DNA of 28,349 nucleotides from Bacillota bacterium (GTDB lineage Bacteria; Bacillota; Negativicutes; Sporomusales; UBA7701). Of the stretch, positions 16,414-26,359 are shown in pieces; position 1 is the stretch's first letter, and each line of letters opens with the position of its first letter. The translations under genes were made by a program, and so were the position numbers. Below the pieces are notes generated by a model. It was given only the letters and a program-made list of their open reading frames with translations, did not search any database and was not told where the DNA came from. Location: assembly GCA_023415075.1 (NCBI GenBank), contig JAEZLU010000079.1:1-28349 (forward strand), written 5' to 3'.

Positions 16414-17217
16414 GGACGCCCGGCGCTGACGGGCCGCTTCATAAAGGATGACGGCCGCCGCCGCCGCCACGTTGAGGGATTCGACCCGGCCGTAGAGGGG
16501 GATGTACAGCCTTCTGGCCGCCGCCGCCAATAGCTCGTCGCCGACGCCACGGCCTTCATTGCCGAAAACGATGGCCGCCGGCCCGGAAAGGTCGCCGGCG
16601 AAATAGGGCGTCGCCCCTTCGAGCGCTGTAGCGACAAGCGGCACGCCAGCCTTGGCCAGAGCATCTACAAGCTCCGGCCTGTCCACGCCCTCGGCCACCG
16701 GCAGACTGAACAGCGCCCCCATGGTGGCCCGTACCGTCTTACCGGCGTAGAGATCGGCGCAGCCTTTGAGTAGAACGACACCGCTGCAGCCGGCTGCCGC
16801 CGCCGTACGGACGACCGTGCCGGCGTTTCCGGGGTCGCGGATGTCGTCGAGGACGGCTAAGAGCGGCACCGGCTGCGTCAGCAGCTCGGCCAGGGCGGTC
16901 GGCCGCTTGCCGGCGACCACCAGCAGGCCCTGAGGTTCTTCGGTATCGGTCACCTTGGCGAAGACGGCCTCGGTCACCTCCACCTGCCGGCAGCCAGCGG
17001 CCGCCAATGTCGCCAGTACTTTGGCGGCCCGCGGATTTGCGGCGGCTGACGGGGTGAACAGGCAATATTCCGTTGACCAGCCGGCGCCGGCTAGTTCCTC
17101 GGCTAACCGCACCCCTTCAACCGCAAACAGTCCGAGCTCGTCACGGTATTTCTTCTGACGAAGGGCCACGGCCGTTTTCACCAGCTGATTGTGCGGACTT
17201 GTGACGACTTCGGTCAT
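16408..17217 (-). CDS. TrmH/SpoU family RNA methyltransferase
   Basis: DPGNAGTVVRTA, VRATMGA, FGNEGRG, ESLNVA. Confidence 0.93.
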   Translation of the reverse strand: MTEVVTSPHNQLVKTAVALRQKKYRDELGLFAVEGVRLAEELAGAGWSTEYCLFTPSAAANPRAAKVLATLAAAGCRQVEVTEAVFAKVTDTEEPQGLLVVAGKRPTALAELLTQPVPLLAVLDDIRDPGNAGTVVRTAAAAGCSGVVLLKGCADLYAGKTVRATMGALFSLPVAEGVDRPELVDALAKAGVPLVATALEGATPYFAGDLSGPAAIVFGNEGRGVGDELLAAAARRLYIPLYGRVESLNVAAAAAVILYEAARQRRASL

Positions 17218-17876
17218 TCCAGTTCCTCCAGCTTGGTAACGCCGCTGTTACCGCCGACGACGATCAGGACGTCCTTCTCGCGGATCTTCTCGGTCGGCAC
17301 GGGCGGCACGATAATCTCCTCGCCCCGCTGGATGGCCACCACATTCACGCCGAAACGGGCCCTGAGGTTGGCCTCGGCCAGATTATGCCCCACCAGTTCC
17401 CGCGGCGCGCTTACCTCCACCAGGCTGAGGTTGGGCGACAGTTCGATATAGTCAAGCACGTTGGACGACACCAGGTTATGGGCCACGCGGGCCCCCATGT
17501 CCCGCTCGGGGTACACTACCCGGTCGGCGCCGATTTTTTCCAGCATTTTGCCGTGCAGCTCGCTCTTGGCCTTGGCGACGATGTGGCGAACACCGAGGTC
17601 CTTAAGGAGCAGGGTTGTCAGTACATTTGCCTGCACATCCTCGCCGATCGAAACAACCACCGTGTCGAAATTACGGATGCCGATGGCCTTAAGGGCGTTC
17701 TCGTCGGTTGTATCAACCTGAACGACATGGGTTACCTCGTTGCTGAACTTCTGGACCGCTTCCTCGTCGGCATCGATCGCTAGCACCTCATAGCCGGCCT
17801 TGAAAAGGGTGCGGGCGACACTTGTGCCGAACCGCCCAAGGCCGATCACGGCGAACTGTTTGTCCTTCTTGCTCAT
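17214..17876 (-). CDS. ktrA: KtrA/TrkA family potassium uptake regulatory (RCK) subunit
   Basis: QFAVIGLGRFG, HGKMLEKIGADRVVYPERDMG, C-terminal RCK_C; ATG 17876 with SD AGAGGTG. Confidence 0.9.
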   Translation of the reverse strand: MSKKDKQFAVIGLGRFGTSVARTLFKAGYEVLAIDADEEAVQKFSNEVTHVVQVDTTDENALKAIGIRNFDTVVVSIGEDVQANVLTTLLLKDLGVRHIVAKAKSELHGKMLEKIGADRVVYPERDMGARVAHNLVSSNVLDYIELSPNLSLVEVSAPRELVGHNLAEANLRARFGVNVVAIQRGEEIIVPPVPTEKIREKDVLIVVGGNSGVTKLEELE

Positions 17877-17889
17877 AGCCAAAACACCT

Positions 17890-19254
17890 CTAACCGATTA
17901 TTACTTTGCCTGCCGGATACTGGACCATTGCCCGCCGCTGCCGCATAGCCAGGGCCAGGGCCAGCGTTACTGGTCCGACCCGGCCGGCGAACATAGTGAG
18001 GATGAGCCACAATTTGCTTGGCACAGTCAACTGCGGGGTGATGCCGGTGGTGAGGCCGACCGTGCCAAAGGCCGATACCACATCGAACAGCAGGTTCAAA
18101 AAAGGTATGTCCCATTCATGGACACACAGCATCATGGTGATAAATACCACCAGAACAGCGGCGACCGCGGTCAAAACGAATGACTTATAAACAATCGCTT
18201 TTTCAATGCGGCGATTAAAAAACTCGACATCCTCGCGGCCGCGGAACATGGTCCAGATTGCGGCCATCAGCACACCGGCAGTGGTCGTCTTGATGCCGCC
18301 GCCGGTCGACCCTGGCGAGGCGCCGATAAACATCAGAATGATGATGAAAAAAATGGTTGCATTGCCCAAATCGCCGATGTTAAGCGTATTGTAGCCGGCC
18401 GTCCGGGGGGTAACCGACTGAAAATAGCTGCTTAAAAGCTTGCCATGCCAGGATAGCGGCTCCAGCGTTTTCGGGTTATTCCACTCGAGCGCCAGAATAA
18501 CCAGCGTGCCGAAGACGATCAAAAAGGCGGTAACCGCCAGAACCAGGCGCGTATGCAGGGAAAACCGGGAGAAGCGGCGATTCTCCCAGACATCGGCCAT
18601 GACGGTGAAGCCAATACCGCCCAGAATAATGAGGCCGGAAATCACCAGGTTAACCGTCAGATCGTCCACATAGCCGGTCAGGCTGCGATATTCCCCGAAC
18701 AGGTCAAAACCGGCGTTGCAAAACGACGATACCGCGTGCCAATAGCCGTAGTAGATGCCCTTGGGGCCGTAGTCGAGGTACCAGCGAACGGCCAGGATAG
18801 TGCCACCGATGAATTCGATAACCAGGGTGGTCTTGACGATGTACTTCGTCAGGCGAACCACGCCTGCCACCGACAACTGGTTCATGGCTTCCTGCATTAT
18901 CAGACGTTCGCGCAGATTGATCCGCTTGCCGATGAGGATTGCCATCAGGGTGGCCATCGTCATGAAACCAAGGCCACCGGCCTGGATGAGGAAAATAATG
19001 ACAAGCTGACCGAACAAGGAAAAGCGGGTGCCGGTGTCGACCACCACCAGGCCGGTCACACAGACCGCCGAAGTCGCGGTAAACAGAGCATCGACAAAAC
19101 CCAATGGCTCGCCGCTGGCCGAGGCCTGCGGCAGACAGAGGATGAGCGCCCCGAGCAGAATGAGGCCGGCGAAACCGCTCACCAGTATCTGGTACGGCGT
19201 AAGCCGCCACTGGGAAATATCCAGCAGATCAACGACATTATCCCTTAAAGTCAT
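17890..19254 (-). CDS. ktrB: KtrB/TrkH family potassium uptake membrane subunit (probable start 19254)
   Basis: Pore motifs SAVCVTGL, SFCNAGF, TPRTAG, SAFGTVGL; GASPGSTGGGIKTTT. Confidence 0.9.
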   Translation of the reverse strand: MTLRDNVVDLLDISQWRLTPYQILVSGFAGLILLGALILCLPQASASGEPLGFVDALFTATSAVCVTGLVVVDTGTRFSLFGQLVIIFLIQAGGLGFMTMATLMAILIGKRINLRERLIMQEAMNQLSVAGVVRLTKYIVKTTLVIEFIGGTILAVRWYLDYGPKGIYYGYWHAVSSFCNAGFDLFGEYRSLTGYVDDLTVNLVISGLIILGGIGFTVMADVWENRRFSRFSLHTRLVLAVTAFLIVFGTLVILALEWNNPKTLEPLSWHGKLLSSYFQSVTPRTAGYNTLNIGDLGNATIFFIIILMFIGASPGSTGGGIKTTTAGVLMAAIWTMFRGREDVEFFNRRIEKAIVYKSFVLTAVAAVLVVFITMMLCVHEWDIPFLNLLFDVVSAFGTVGLTTGITPQLTVPSKLWLILTMFAGRVGPVTLALALAMRQRRAMVQYPAGKVIIG

Positions 19255-19342
19255 CCGGTTCCTCTCGCTTTCAGAGCCTGCATGCTTGACAATCAATCAT
19301 TATAATACCACAACTTGGGAGCTTCCAATATACAAATATACT

Positions 19343-19371
19343 AAAAGACCTGCCGGATGCCGGCAGGTCTT
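19343..19371 (-). terminator. Terminator after the aldolase gene
   Basis: AAGACCTGCCGG-CAT-CCGGCAGGTCTTTT. Confidence 0.8.
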
Positions 19372-19381
19372 AAGCAAACAG

Positions 19382-20230
19382 TTAAACCGCTTTACTGATG
19401 CAGTCGAAGGCCAGCATATACTTACGGACCGATTCCTTGACGCCTTTCTTGACTAGCGACATCAGGTGGATATAGTTGGCGTTAGGCGTTTTAGCCAGCT
19501 CGGCCTTGAGGGTCTCGGCCGCCGCCTGGGACATGTCGGTGGCCACGTTGATTTTCGAGATACCCGACAGGATGGACGTTCGGTAATCCTCACGGCTGAG
19601 GCGGGAACCGCCGTGCATGACAAGCGGCACGTTGACGGCGGAATTGAGTTCGCTAAGGCGGGAGAAGCTGAGTTTCGGGTTGCCGCGATAAGCGCCATGG
19701 TTATTGCCGACCGCCACCGCCAATGCGTCGATTTTCGTCTTTTCCACGAAGTCGGCGGCCACTTCGGCGGCTACCATGTTGTCTTCCTTGATATCCGATA
19801 TATTGTCATTAAAACCAATATAGCCCAACTCACCCTCGACGGAAATGCCGAGAGTATGGGCTATGCGGGTAATTTCTTTCGTCCGTTTGAGATTTTCCGC
19901 CAAGGGCAAGGCTGACCCGTCAAACATCACTGACGTAAAGCCCCACCTGACGGCCTTGAGAACACCTTCGTAGGTATGCCCGTGATCGAGGTGCAAGGCG
20001 ACGGGCACCGCAGATCTGTGGGCCGCCCTCACCATGGCTGCGCTTAAGGTATCGACATCGACAAACTTGAACAGACGCTCGGGAATTCCCAGGATCAGAG
20101 GTGTTTTCAGTTCTTCGGCCACCTCCATCACAGCGCTGAGGGTTTCGAAGTTGAACACGTTGAATCCGCCGACTGCGTATTTCCGCTTCCGCGCGTCCTG
20201 CAGCAGTTCCCGCATCGTTACCAAGCTCAA
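19382..20230 (-). CDS. Class II fructose/ketose-bisphosphate aldolase
   Basis: YAVGGFN, ALHLDH, GFTSVMFDGS, VEGELG, GNNHG, VMHGGS, KINVAT; TTG start with SD GGGAGGAG. Confidence 0.92.
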   Translation of the reverse strand: MSLVTMRELLQDARKRKYAVGGFNVFNFETLSAVMEVAEELKTPLILGIPERLFKFVDVDTLSAAMVRAAHRSAVPVALHLDHGHTYEGVLKAVRWGFTSVMFDGSALPLAENLKRTKEITRIAHTLGISVEGELGYIGFNDNISDIKEDNMVAAEVAADFVEKTKIDALAVAVGNNHGAYRGNPKLSFSRLSELNSAVNVPLVMHGGSRLSREDYRTSILSGISKINVATDMSQAAAETLKAELAKTPNANYIHLMSLVKKGVKESVRKYMLAFDCISKAV

Positions 20231-20278
20231 GTTAAACTCCTCCCTTTAAACTGCGATATTGACTTGTTGGTATATGAT

Positions 20279-20306
20279 ATTCGCGCCAGCGGATGAAAAA
20301 ACCTGC
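20279..20306 (-). promoter_or_regulatory. sigmaH-like promoter for the aldolase
   Basis: GCAGGTTTT-11 nt-CGCGAAT. Confidence 0.45.
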
Positions 20307-20408
20307 GGAATCTTCGCGAAAATTTCGCAATTGTCAGGCGGATTACCCCACATTCTCCCCAGTTGGCCGGCATTTATACGTTATTTACCTAATTGCCGCA
20401 TTATAATA

Positions 20409-21074
20409 TTATATTTTTTTCTGGCGCGACATGCCGGCCGGCCGGCCGTCGCCCAGATTGATGTCAGCGGCGTCGTAGCGCCAGCCGCAGGTTCGCTCAA
20501 GATTCTGGCGGGCCGGCTGATAGGACGGTTCGAGAGTGACCGCCACCCGGTACATGCGACGGGCGGCGTCGACGTCGCCGCCCATCTCCTTGATGGCGCC
20601 GATGAGGTTGAAAATCTCCGGCCGGTCCGGACTTATGACAATAGCCTGGCTGATGAATACCATCGCCTGGTCGAGTTTGCTCTGCTCCAGACTCTGGCGG
20701 GCCTGGCCGAGTACGGCGTCGAAAGATGCCTTGCTGCCTTCTTCGTGCCGCTCGTTCGTCGGCGCCTGGTCAACTATATCGAGGATACCTAGGCGAAGCG
20801 CTTCGACCACCTCCGTATGGGCGCCGCGGGCGGCAACGATCACCCCCTGGCCGGCTGACAGCGTCGCCAGTCGTCTGAGAGCGGTAATATCTTCTTCCTG
20901 ACCGGCCCTGAGCCGCAGCACGATGAACGCGAAGCTCTCCCTGGCCATCAGGTTTTGGCCGCTCAACGCATCGCCGGCGGTTACCACATCATAGCCCCCG
21001 CTGGCCAGTGTGGTCGCCAGGACGGCTTGGGCTTCCGGAAAAGCATCGATTATCAGAACCTTTGGTTTTTCCAC
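20409..21074 (-). CDS. Degenerate receiver domain plus TPR protein (probable start GTG 21074)
   Basis: KVLIID...VVEALRLGILD receiver fold; TPR-like PEIFNLIG...ARRMYRVAVTLEPSYQPARQNL; SD GAGGAGG. Confidence 0.8.
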   Translation of the reverse strand: MEKPKVLIIDAFPEAQAVLATTLASGGYDVVTAGDALSGQNLMARESFAFIVLRLRAGQEEDITALRRLATLSAGQGVIVAARGAHTEVVEALRLGILDIVDQAPTNERHEEGSKASFDAVLGQARQSLEQSKLDQAMVFISQAIVISPDRPEIFNLIGAIKEMGGDVDAARRMYRVAVTLEPSYQPARQNLERTCGWRYDAADINLGDGRPAGMSRQKKI

Positions 21075-21115
21075 CTTGCAAAGCCTCCTCGAATTCGCTT
21101 GCCCTTTACTGCCCG

Positions 21116-22960
21116 CTATCGCCGTAGATGAAAGGGGACGGTTGCCACGATGACGTCGCTTCTCAGAATAAACATCATTCGCAAAAGCCAGCCAGTCTGG
21201 TTGTGCAGAAACCGGTGCCACCACTTACTGGTCTCGAACTCCGGGATAAGCACGGTGATAAAGTCCTCCGGCCGCTTTTCCCGCTCCAGGGCGTCGACAT
21301 AGTCAATAAGCGGTTGAACAAGCATGCGGTAGGGCGAATGAATTGTTACCAGCGGCACATCTGGCCGCCACTCCTGCCATTTCTGGCGGGCCTGGGCCGT
21401 GGCCTCCTCGTCGGTATCCACATTGAGGACGATTACCTGGTCACCGATAATCCTCGCATACCTTAGGGTGTTGATGATTGCTGCCGTCGGCGAGGAAATC
21501 GGGATAAGCACAAGGTTCCGCCCGTCGGCCCTGGAGGCGACATCAGCCTCGGGCGGCAGGCGCAGTTGCTCGGCGACATCACGGTAGTGACGGCGGATCA
21601 TTTTGAAGACATAGATCATTGCCGGAATGAAAACAAGCACCAGCCAGGCGCCGTGGAAAAACTTCGACACGGCGATAACCAGGACGACCAGGCCGGTGAT
21701 GAGGGCGCCGAATCCGTTGATGACCGCCCGCACCAGCCAGCCGTCGCTCCTTTCGGCCTGCCAGCGGCGGACAAGCCCCCACTGGGCGATTGTGAACGAC
21801 AGGAAGACGCCGATGGCGTATAACGATATCAGGTGCTCGACATTGCCCCGAAAGCCGGCAACCAAAGCCCCGGCCGCCAGGCTCAGCAGCAGAATACCCT
21901 TGGAAAAATTGAGACGTTCGCCTTTCAGGGCCAGATAACGCGGCATATAGCCGTCGCGAGCCATCAGTGACAATAGCGGCGGCAGGCCGTTATACGAAGT
22001 GTTGGCCCCCAGGTACAAAACCAGCATCGTCGTCACCTGGATGAAGTAGTACATCCAGTCGCGGCCGAAGGTGAGGGCGGCGATCTGCGACAGCATTGTC
22101 ACATTCTCCTGCGGCTCGATATGATAGCGCAGCAGCAGAAAGGATATCCCCGCGATCATCACCGCCAGCAAACCGGACATCATGTAAGTCGTCTTGATTG
22201 CGTTGGCGACTTGGGGCGACTGGAAAGTTGTAACCCCGTTGGAGATAGCCTCGACGCCGGTCATCGAACTGCAGCCGTTGCTAAAAGCCCGCAGCGCCAA
22301 GGCCAACACTATCCAGTCTAGCGGCTGACGCTCGAAGGAAGTAGACGGAATAAGCGGCCCGCCGGCCGTCAGGGCGCTATAAACGCCGGCGGCAATCAGC
22401 AAAAGGATGGCAATCATAAAAAGGTAGGTCGGCACGACAAAAACAGTCGATGCTTCCCGTACTCCCCGCAAATTCACCAAGGTGAGAACGACGAACAGGA
22501 CAAACAGGTCAATGGCCACTTCGTGGCCTATAAGCCCAGGAAAGGCGGAAACGAGAGCCTCGGTACCGGAAGAAACGCTGACCGCCACTGTCAGTGTATA
22601 GTCGGCAAACAAGGCGGCGGCGGTGACCAGGGCGGCGGTTTCCCCCAGATGCTGCTTAGCCACCGAATAGGAGCCGCCACCGCCGGGATTGGCCCTGGCC
22701 ACCTGCACATAGGAAATAGTGACAATCATAAGTAGCACAAGCACGGCGACAGAAGCATAGCTGAAGTAGCCGTAGACCGCCAGACCCGAGGCGGCCAGCG
22801 TCATGGCGATCTGCTCGGGCCCATAGCCGACCGACGACAGAGCGTCCGAGGAAAATACCGACAGCGCTTTCCACTTGGGTAGGCGCTCCCGGGTCATCTC
22901 CTGATTGTGGAGAGGTTTGCCGATAATTAACCCCCGTAACGATCGAAACTTCTTCTTCAT
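21116..22960 (-). CDS. kimA: APC-superfamily permease, KimA/YdaO-like K+/H+ symporter
   Basis: IGKPL...KALSVFSSDALSSVGYGPEQ, GGGSY, DYTLTVAVS, TGVEAISNG, SPYR, LHNQT. Confidence 0.85.
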   Translation of the reverse strand: MKKKFRSLRGLIIGKPLHNQEMTRERLPKWKALSVFSSDALSSVGYGPEQIAMTLAASGLAVYGYFSYASVAVLVLLMIVTISYVQVARANPGGGGSYSVAKQHLGETAALVTAAALFADYTLTVAVSVSSGTEALVSAFPGLIGHEVAIDLFVLFVVLTLVNLRGVREASTVFVVPTYLFMIAILLLIAAGVYSALTAGGPLIPSTSFERQPLDWIVLALALRAFSNGCSSMTGVEAISNGVTTFQSPQVANAIKTTYMMSGLLAVMIAGISFLLLRYHIEPQENVTMLSQIAALTFGRDWMYYFIQVTTMLVLYLGANTSYNGLPPLLSLMARDGYMPRYLALKGERLNFSKGILLLSLAAGALVAGFRGNVEHLISLYAIGVFLSFTIAQWGLVRRWQAERSDGWLVRAVINGFGALITGLVVLVIAVSKFFHGAWLVLVFIPAMIYVFKMIRRHYRDVAEQLRLPPEADVASRADGRNLVLIPISSPTAAIINTLRYARIIGDQVIVLNVDTDEEATAQARQKWQEWRPDVPLVTIHSPYRMLVQPLIDYVDALEREKRPEDFITVLIPEFETSKWWHRFLHNQTGWLLRMMFILRSDVIVATVPFHLRR

Positions 22961-23039
22961 GAGTACCCCGCAGAATTCTCTGTCTCTCTATAGCCTGTCC
23001 AGAGATACACGAAGGTAAAACCGGGTGCCGCGAGCTGAC

Positions 23040-23077
23040 AAAAAAACAAGACCCGGACCGTAAAGGTCCGGGTCTTG
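23040..23077 (-). terminator. Terminator after rplT
   Basis: CAAGACCCGGACC-TTTAC-GGTCCGGGTCTTG-TTTTTTT. Confidence 0.92.
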
Positions 23078-23088
23078 GCGACTCTGTA

Positions 23089-23445
23089 CTATTGGTTGGC
23101 CGCTTTGGCGGTGTCGACCAGTTTGCTGAAGGCGCCGCCATCGTTGACGGCAAGGTCGGCAAGGATTTTCCGGTTAACCTCGACCCCGGCTTTCCGCAGT
23201 CCGGCCATAAGCTGGCTGTAGGAAATGCCGTTCAGCCGCGCGGCGGCGTTGATGCGGGCGATCCAGAGGCGGCGGAATTCGCCCTTCTTGGCCCGACGGT
23301 CCCGGCGGGCGTAATAAAGGGCCTTCATGACCGTCTCGTTGGCTTTCTTGAACAGTTTGCTCTTGGAACCGCGGTACCCTTTGGCAAGTTTCAGGATTTT
23401 CTTGTGCCGTCTATGTGCAGTCACGCCTTTTTTAACTCTCGGCAT
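23089..23445 (-). CDS. rplT: 50S ribosomal protein L20
   Basis: MPRVKKGV...LAKGYRG...[14 protein letters not shown]. Confidence 0.99.
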   Translation of the reverse strand: MPRVKKGVTAHRRHKKILKLAKGYRGSKSKLFKKANETVMKALYYARRDRRAKKGEFRRLWIARINAAARLNGISYSQLMAGLRKAGVEVNRKILADLAVNDGGAFSKLVDTAKAANQ

Positions 23446-23474
23446 GTCTCATTCCTCCGTTCAATAATATCGTT

Positions 23475-23672
23475 TTAGGCGTAGGGGAGCATTTTGGTAA
23501 CGCGGTCATGGTCGGCTTTGCTGACAAGACCGGCTTTGCGCAGGTTGCGCTTGCGGGCCGGCGATTTTTTCTCCAGGATATGGCTTTTGTAAGCCTTCGA
23601 GCGCTTAAATTCGCCACTGCCGGTGACCTTGAAGCGTTTGGCGGCGGCTCTGCGGGTTTTAATTTTAGGCAT
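23475..23672 (-). CDS. rpmI: 50S ribosomal protein L35
   Basis: [20 protein letters not shown]. Confidence 0.99.
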   Translation of the reverse strand: MPKIKTRRAAAKRFKVTGSGEFKRSKAYKSHILEKKSPARKRNLRKAGLVSKADHDRVTKMLPYA

Positions 23673-23684
23673 AGTAATCCTCCT

Positions 23685-24203
23685 TTAGTGTTGTGGTTTA
23701 GCAGATAGAATCATTATCATATTTTTCCCTTCGAGCTTTGGCTCGCGCTCGACGTTGGCTATTTCTTTGAGCTCAGCGGCCATGCGCACCAAAACCTGGC
23801 GGCCCAGTTCGGGATGGGACAGCTCACGGCCGCGGAACATCACGGTGGCCTTGACCTTGTCGCCCTCCTGCAGGAACCGCAGGGCATTTTTCAGCTTAAC
23901 GTTGTAATCGTGATCCTCAATGTTCGGCCGAACCTTCACTTCTTTCACGGTGACGACCTTCTGCTTCTTCTTGGCCTCTTTCTCGCGTTTCTGCTGCTCG
24001 TACTTGAACTTGCCGTAGTCCATAATCCGGCAGACCGGCGGCTTGGCAAGGGGCGCGACCTCAACGAGGTCCATCTGGCCCTCAGCCGCGAGCCGCAGCG
24101 CTTCCCGCAGCTGCATGACACCGAGCTGTTCGTTGTTGGCGGTTACGACCCGTACATCTCTTGCCCGAATCTCCTCGTTGATCCTCAGGTTCTCTTTACT
24201 AAT
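23685..24203 (-). CDS. infC: Translation initiation factor IF-3 (ATT start)
   Basis: INEEIR, PPVCRIMDYGKFKY, FRGRE; AGGAGG upstream of ATT at 24203. Confidence 0.97.
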   Translation of the reverse strand: MSKENLRINEEIRARDVRVVTANNEQLGVMQLREALRLAAEGQMDLVEVAPLAKPPVCRIMDYGKFKYEQQKREKEAKKKQKVVTVKEVKVRPNIEDHDYNVKLKNALRFLQEGDKVKATVMFRGRELSHPELGRQVLVRMAAELKEIANVEREPKLEGKNMIMILSAKPQH

Positions 24204-24229
24204 TGCGGCACACCTCCTATAATTTCGGA

Positions 24230-24345
24230 TAAAAATAAAACAGGTGGCAGATGCCACCCATAATAAACGCAAGACACGTTTTGCTGTCGACCCGGCGAAC
24301 TGCACACGGCGTTGCGGGGTGAGAAGCGGATGGCTTCTACTTTGG
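24230..24345 (-). promoter_or_regulatory. L20 leader (ribosomal protein autoregulatory attenuator)
   Basis: AGTAGAAGCCATCCGCTTCTCACC stem and terminator GGGTGGCATCTGCCACCTGTTTTATTTTT upstream of infC. Confidence 0.85.
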
Positions 24346-24368
24346 TCAAGTATGTTGTTTACTTAGTA

Positions 24369-24397
24369 ATATTAGCATTAACACCCAGCAAAGTCAA
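24369..24397 (-). promoter_or_regulatory. sigmaA promoter of the infC operon
   Basis: TTGACT-17 nt-TAATAT with TGn. Confidence 0.75.
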
Positions 24398-24418
24398 GCA
24401 TCATTTGCCGGAAATTCG

Positions 24419-26329
24419 CTAGCTTCTAGCCACGATCTCGGTAAGGATGTCGTCGATGAAATCGACCACCGTGCGCGAGCCGACATCGCCCTTGCCCCGC
24501 TGCCGGACAGCGACGGTATTCGATTCCTTCTCCTTGTCGCCGACAACCAGCAGATAAGGTACCTTCTCCATTTGACCCTCGCGGATCTTGTAACCGATTT
24601 TCTCGTTGCGGTCGTCGACCTCCACCCGGATATCCTTCACCCGCATGATCGACGCCAGATGCTGAGCGTAATCGACATGGCGGTCGGTGATCGGCAGGAT
24701 TTTCACCTGCACCGGGGCCAGCCAGGTGGGGAAGGCGCCTGCGTAGTGCTCGATCAGGATGCCGATAAACCGTTCGATGCTGCCATAGCAAGTCCGGTGG
24801 ATCATCACCGGGCGGTGCTTGGCGCCATCCTCGCCGGTATAGGTAAGGTCGAACTTCTCCGGCATCAGCATATCCAGCTGAATGGTACCGCACTGCCAGG
24901 TGCGTCCGAGCGAGTCCTGCAGGTGGAAATCGATCTTCGGCCCGTAGAAAGCGCCGTCACCCTCATTGACCTTGTAGGGCATGCCGTACTCCTCCAGGGC
25001 CTCCCGCAGGGCGGCGGTGGCCACCTCCCAAACCTCGTCCGAACCCATGGCCTTTTCCGGCTTGGTCGATAGTTCGACCCGGTAGGTCATGCCGAAAGTG
25101 CCGTACACCGTGTTGAAGAGGTCGATGACCCCTTTAATTTCAGCCTTGATCTGGGATGTCAGGATGAAGAGATGAGCGTCGTCCTGGGTAAAAGCGCGGA
25201 CGCGCATCAGCCCGTGCAAAGCCCCCGACAGCTCGTGCCGGTGCACCAGGCCGAGTTCGCAGGTCCTGATCGGAAACTCGCGGTAACTGTGGTGCTGCGA
25301 GCGGTAAACCAGGATGCCGCCGGGGCAGTTCATCGGCTTGACGGCGTATCCTTCGTCGTCAATTGTCGTGAAATACATATTATTCTTGTAATGGTCCCAG
25401 TGGCCCGACTGGTGCCACAGCTTCTCATGCAGAATAATCGGCGTCTTGATCTCCTGGTAGCCGTACTTAACATGCAGTTTGCGCCAGAAGCCCTCCAGTT
25501 CGTTGCGGACAACCATGCCCTTGGGATGGAAGAAAGGGAACCCCGGGCCCTCCTCCTGGATGCTGAAAAGGTCAAGTTCGCGTCCAAGCTTGCGGTGGTC
25601 ACGGCGGGCCGCCTCTTCCATCAGCGTCAGGTAAGCCTCAAGCTCGCTTTTCTTCTCGAAAGCTATGCCGTAGATACGCTGTAGCATCTTGTTCTTCTGG
25701 TCGCCCCGCCAGTACGCCCCGGCCAGGCTCTGCAGCTTGGTGGCCTTCACCCGGCCGGTCGACGGCACGTGAGGGCCGGCGCACAGGTCGACGAACTCCC
25801 CCTGGCGGTACAGGGAAATAGTCACGTCTGCCGGCAAATCGCGGATAAGCTCCTGCTTATAAGGCTCGCCCAGCTTGGCGAACAGGGCCAGCGCCGCCTC
25901 ACGGCTGACCTCCTCACGGACGATCGGCAGGTCTTCCTTGACGATCTTCTCCATCTCGGCCTGGATCTTCTCCAGGTCTTCCGGTACGAAGGTATGCGGC
26001 GTATCGATATCGTAATAAAAGCCGGCGGCAATCGCCGGGCCGATGCCGAGCCTAACGTCGGCATACAGGCGTTTTATCGCCTGGGCCATGATGTGGGAGG
26101 CGCTGTGACGGAGAGCCTCCTGACCCTCGGCGTCCTCGAAGCTGACAAACTCGACCTGGCAGTCTTTCTCCAGGCGTTTAGCCAGATCGACCGTCTGTCC
26201 GTCCACTTTGGCCGCCAGGGCAGTCTTGCCGAGGTTGCGGCTGATCGCTTCGGCGAGTTCCTGCAGAGAAGTGCCGGTAGCCACCTCGCGGATAGCTCCG
26301 TCCTTCAGTTTCACCTTAATATTGTTCAT
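24419..26329 (-). CDS. thrS: Threonine-tRNA ligase (true start ATG 26329)
   Basis: TGS domain, HSASH, DLCAGPH, RDHRKLG, KPMNCPG, GAFYGPKID, WQCGTIQLD. Confidence 0.98.
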   Translation of the reverse strand: MNNIKVKLKDGAIREVATGTSLQELAEAISRNLGKTALAAKVDGQTVDLAKRLEKDCQVEFVSFEDAEGQEALRHSASHIMAQAIKRLYADVRLGIGPAIAAGFYYDIDTPHTFVPEDLEKIQAEMEKIVKEDLPIVREEVSREAALALFAKLGEPYKQELIRDLPADVTISLYRQGEFVDLCAGPHVPSTGRVKATKLQSLAGAYWRGDQKNKMLQRIYGIAFEKKSELEAYLTLMEEAARRDHRKLGRELDLFSIQEEGPGFPFFHPKGMVVRNELEGFWRKLHVKYGYQEIKTPIILHEKLWHQSGHWDHYKNNMYFTTIDDEGYAVKPMNCPGGILVYRSQHHSYREFPIRTCELGLVHRHELSGALHGLMRVRAFTQDDAHLFILTSQIKAEIKGVIDLFNTVYGTFGMTYRVELSTKPEKAMGSDEVWEVATAALREALEEYGMPYKVNEGDGAFYGPKIDFHLQDSLGRTWQCGTIQLDMLMPEKFDLTYTGEDGAKHRPVMIHRTCYGSIERFIGILIEHYAGAFPTWLAPVQVKILPITDRHVDYAQHLASIMRVKDIRVEVDDRNEKIGYKIREGQMEKVPYLLVVGDKEKESNTVAVRQRGKGDVGSRTVVDFIDDILTEIVARS

Positions 26330-26359
26330 AACAAGTCCCCCTTTATCCGCTGCCGAAAA

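Noticed and set aside
24201..24203. ATT start codon of infC
   Set aside because: Real, but well-known IF-3 autoregulation, not novel.
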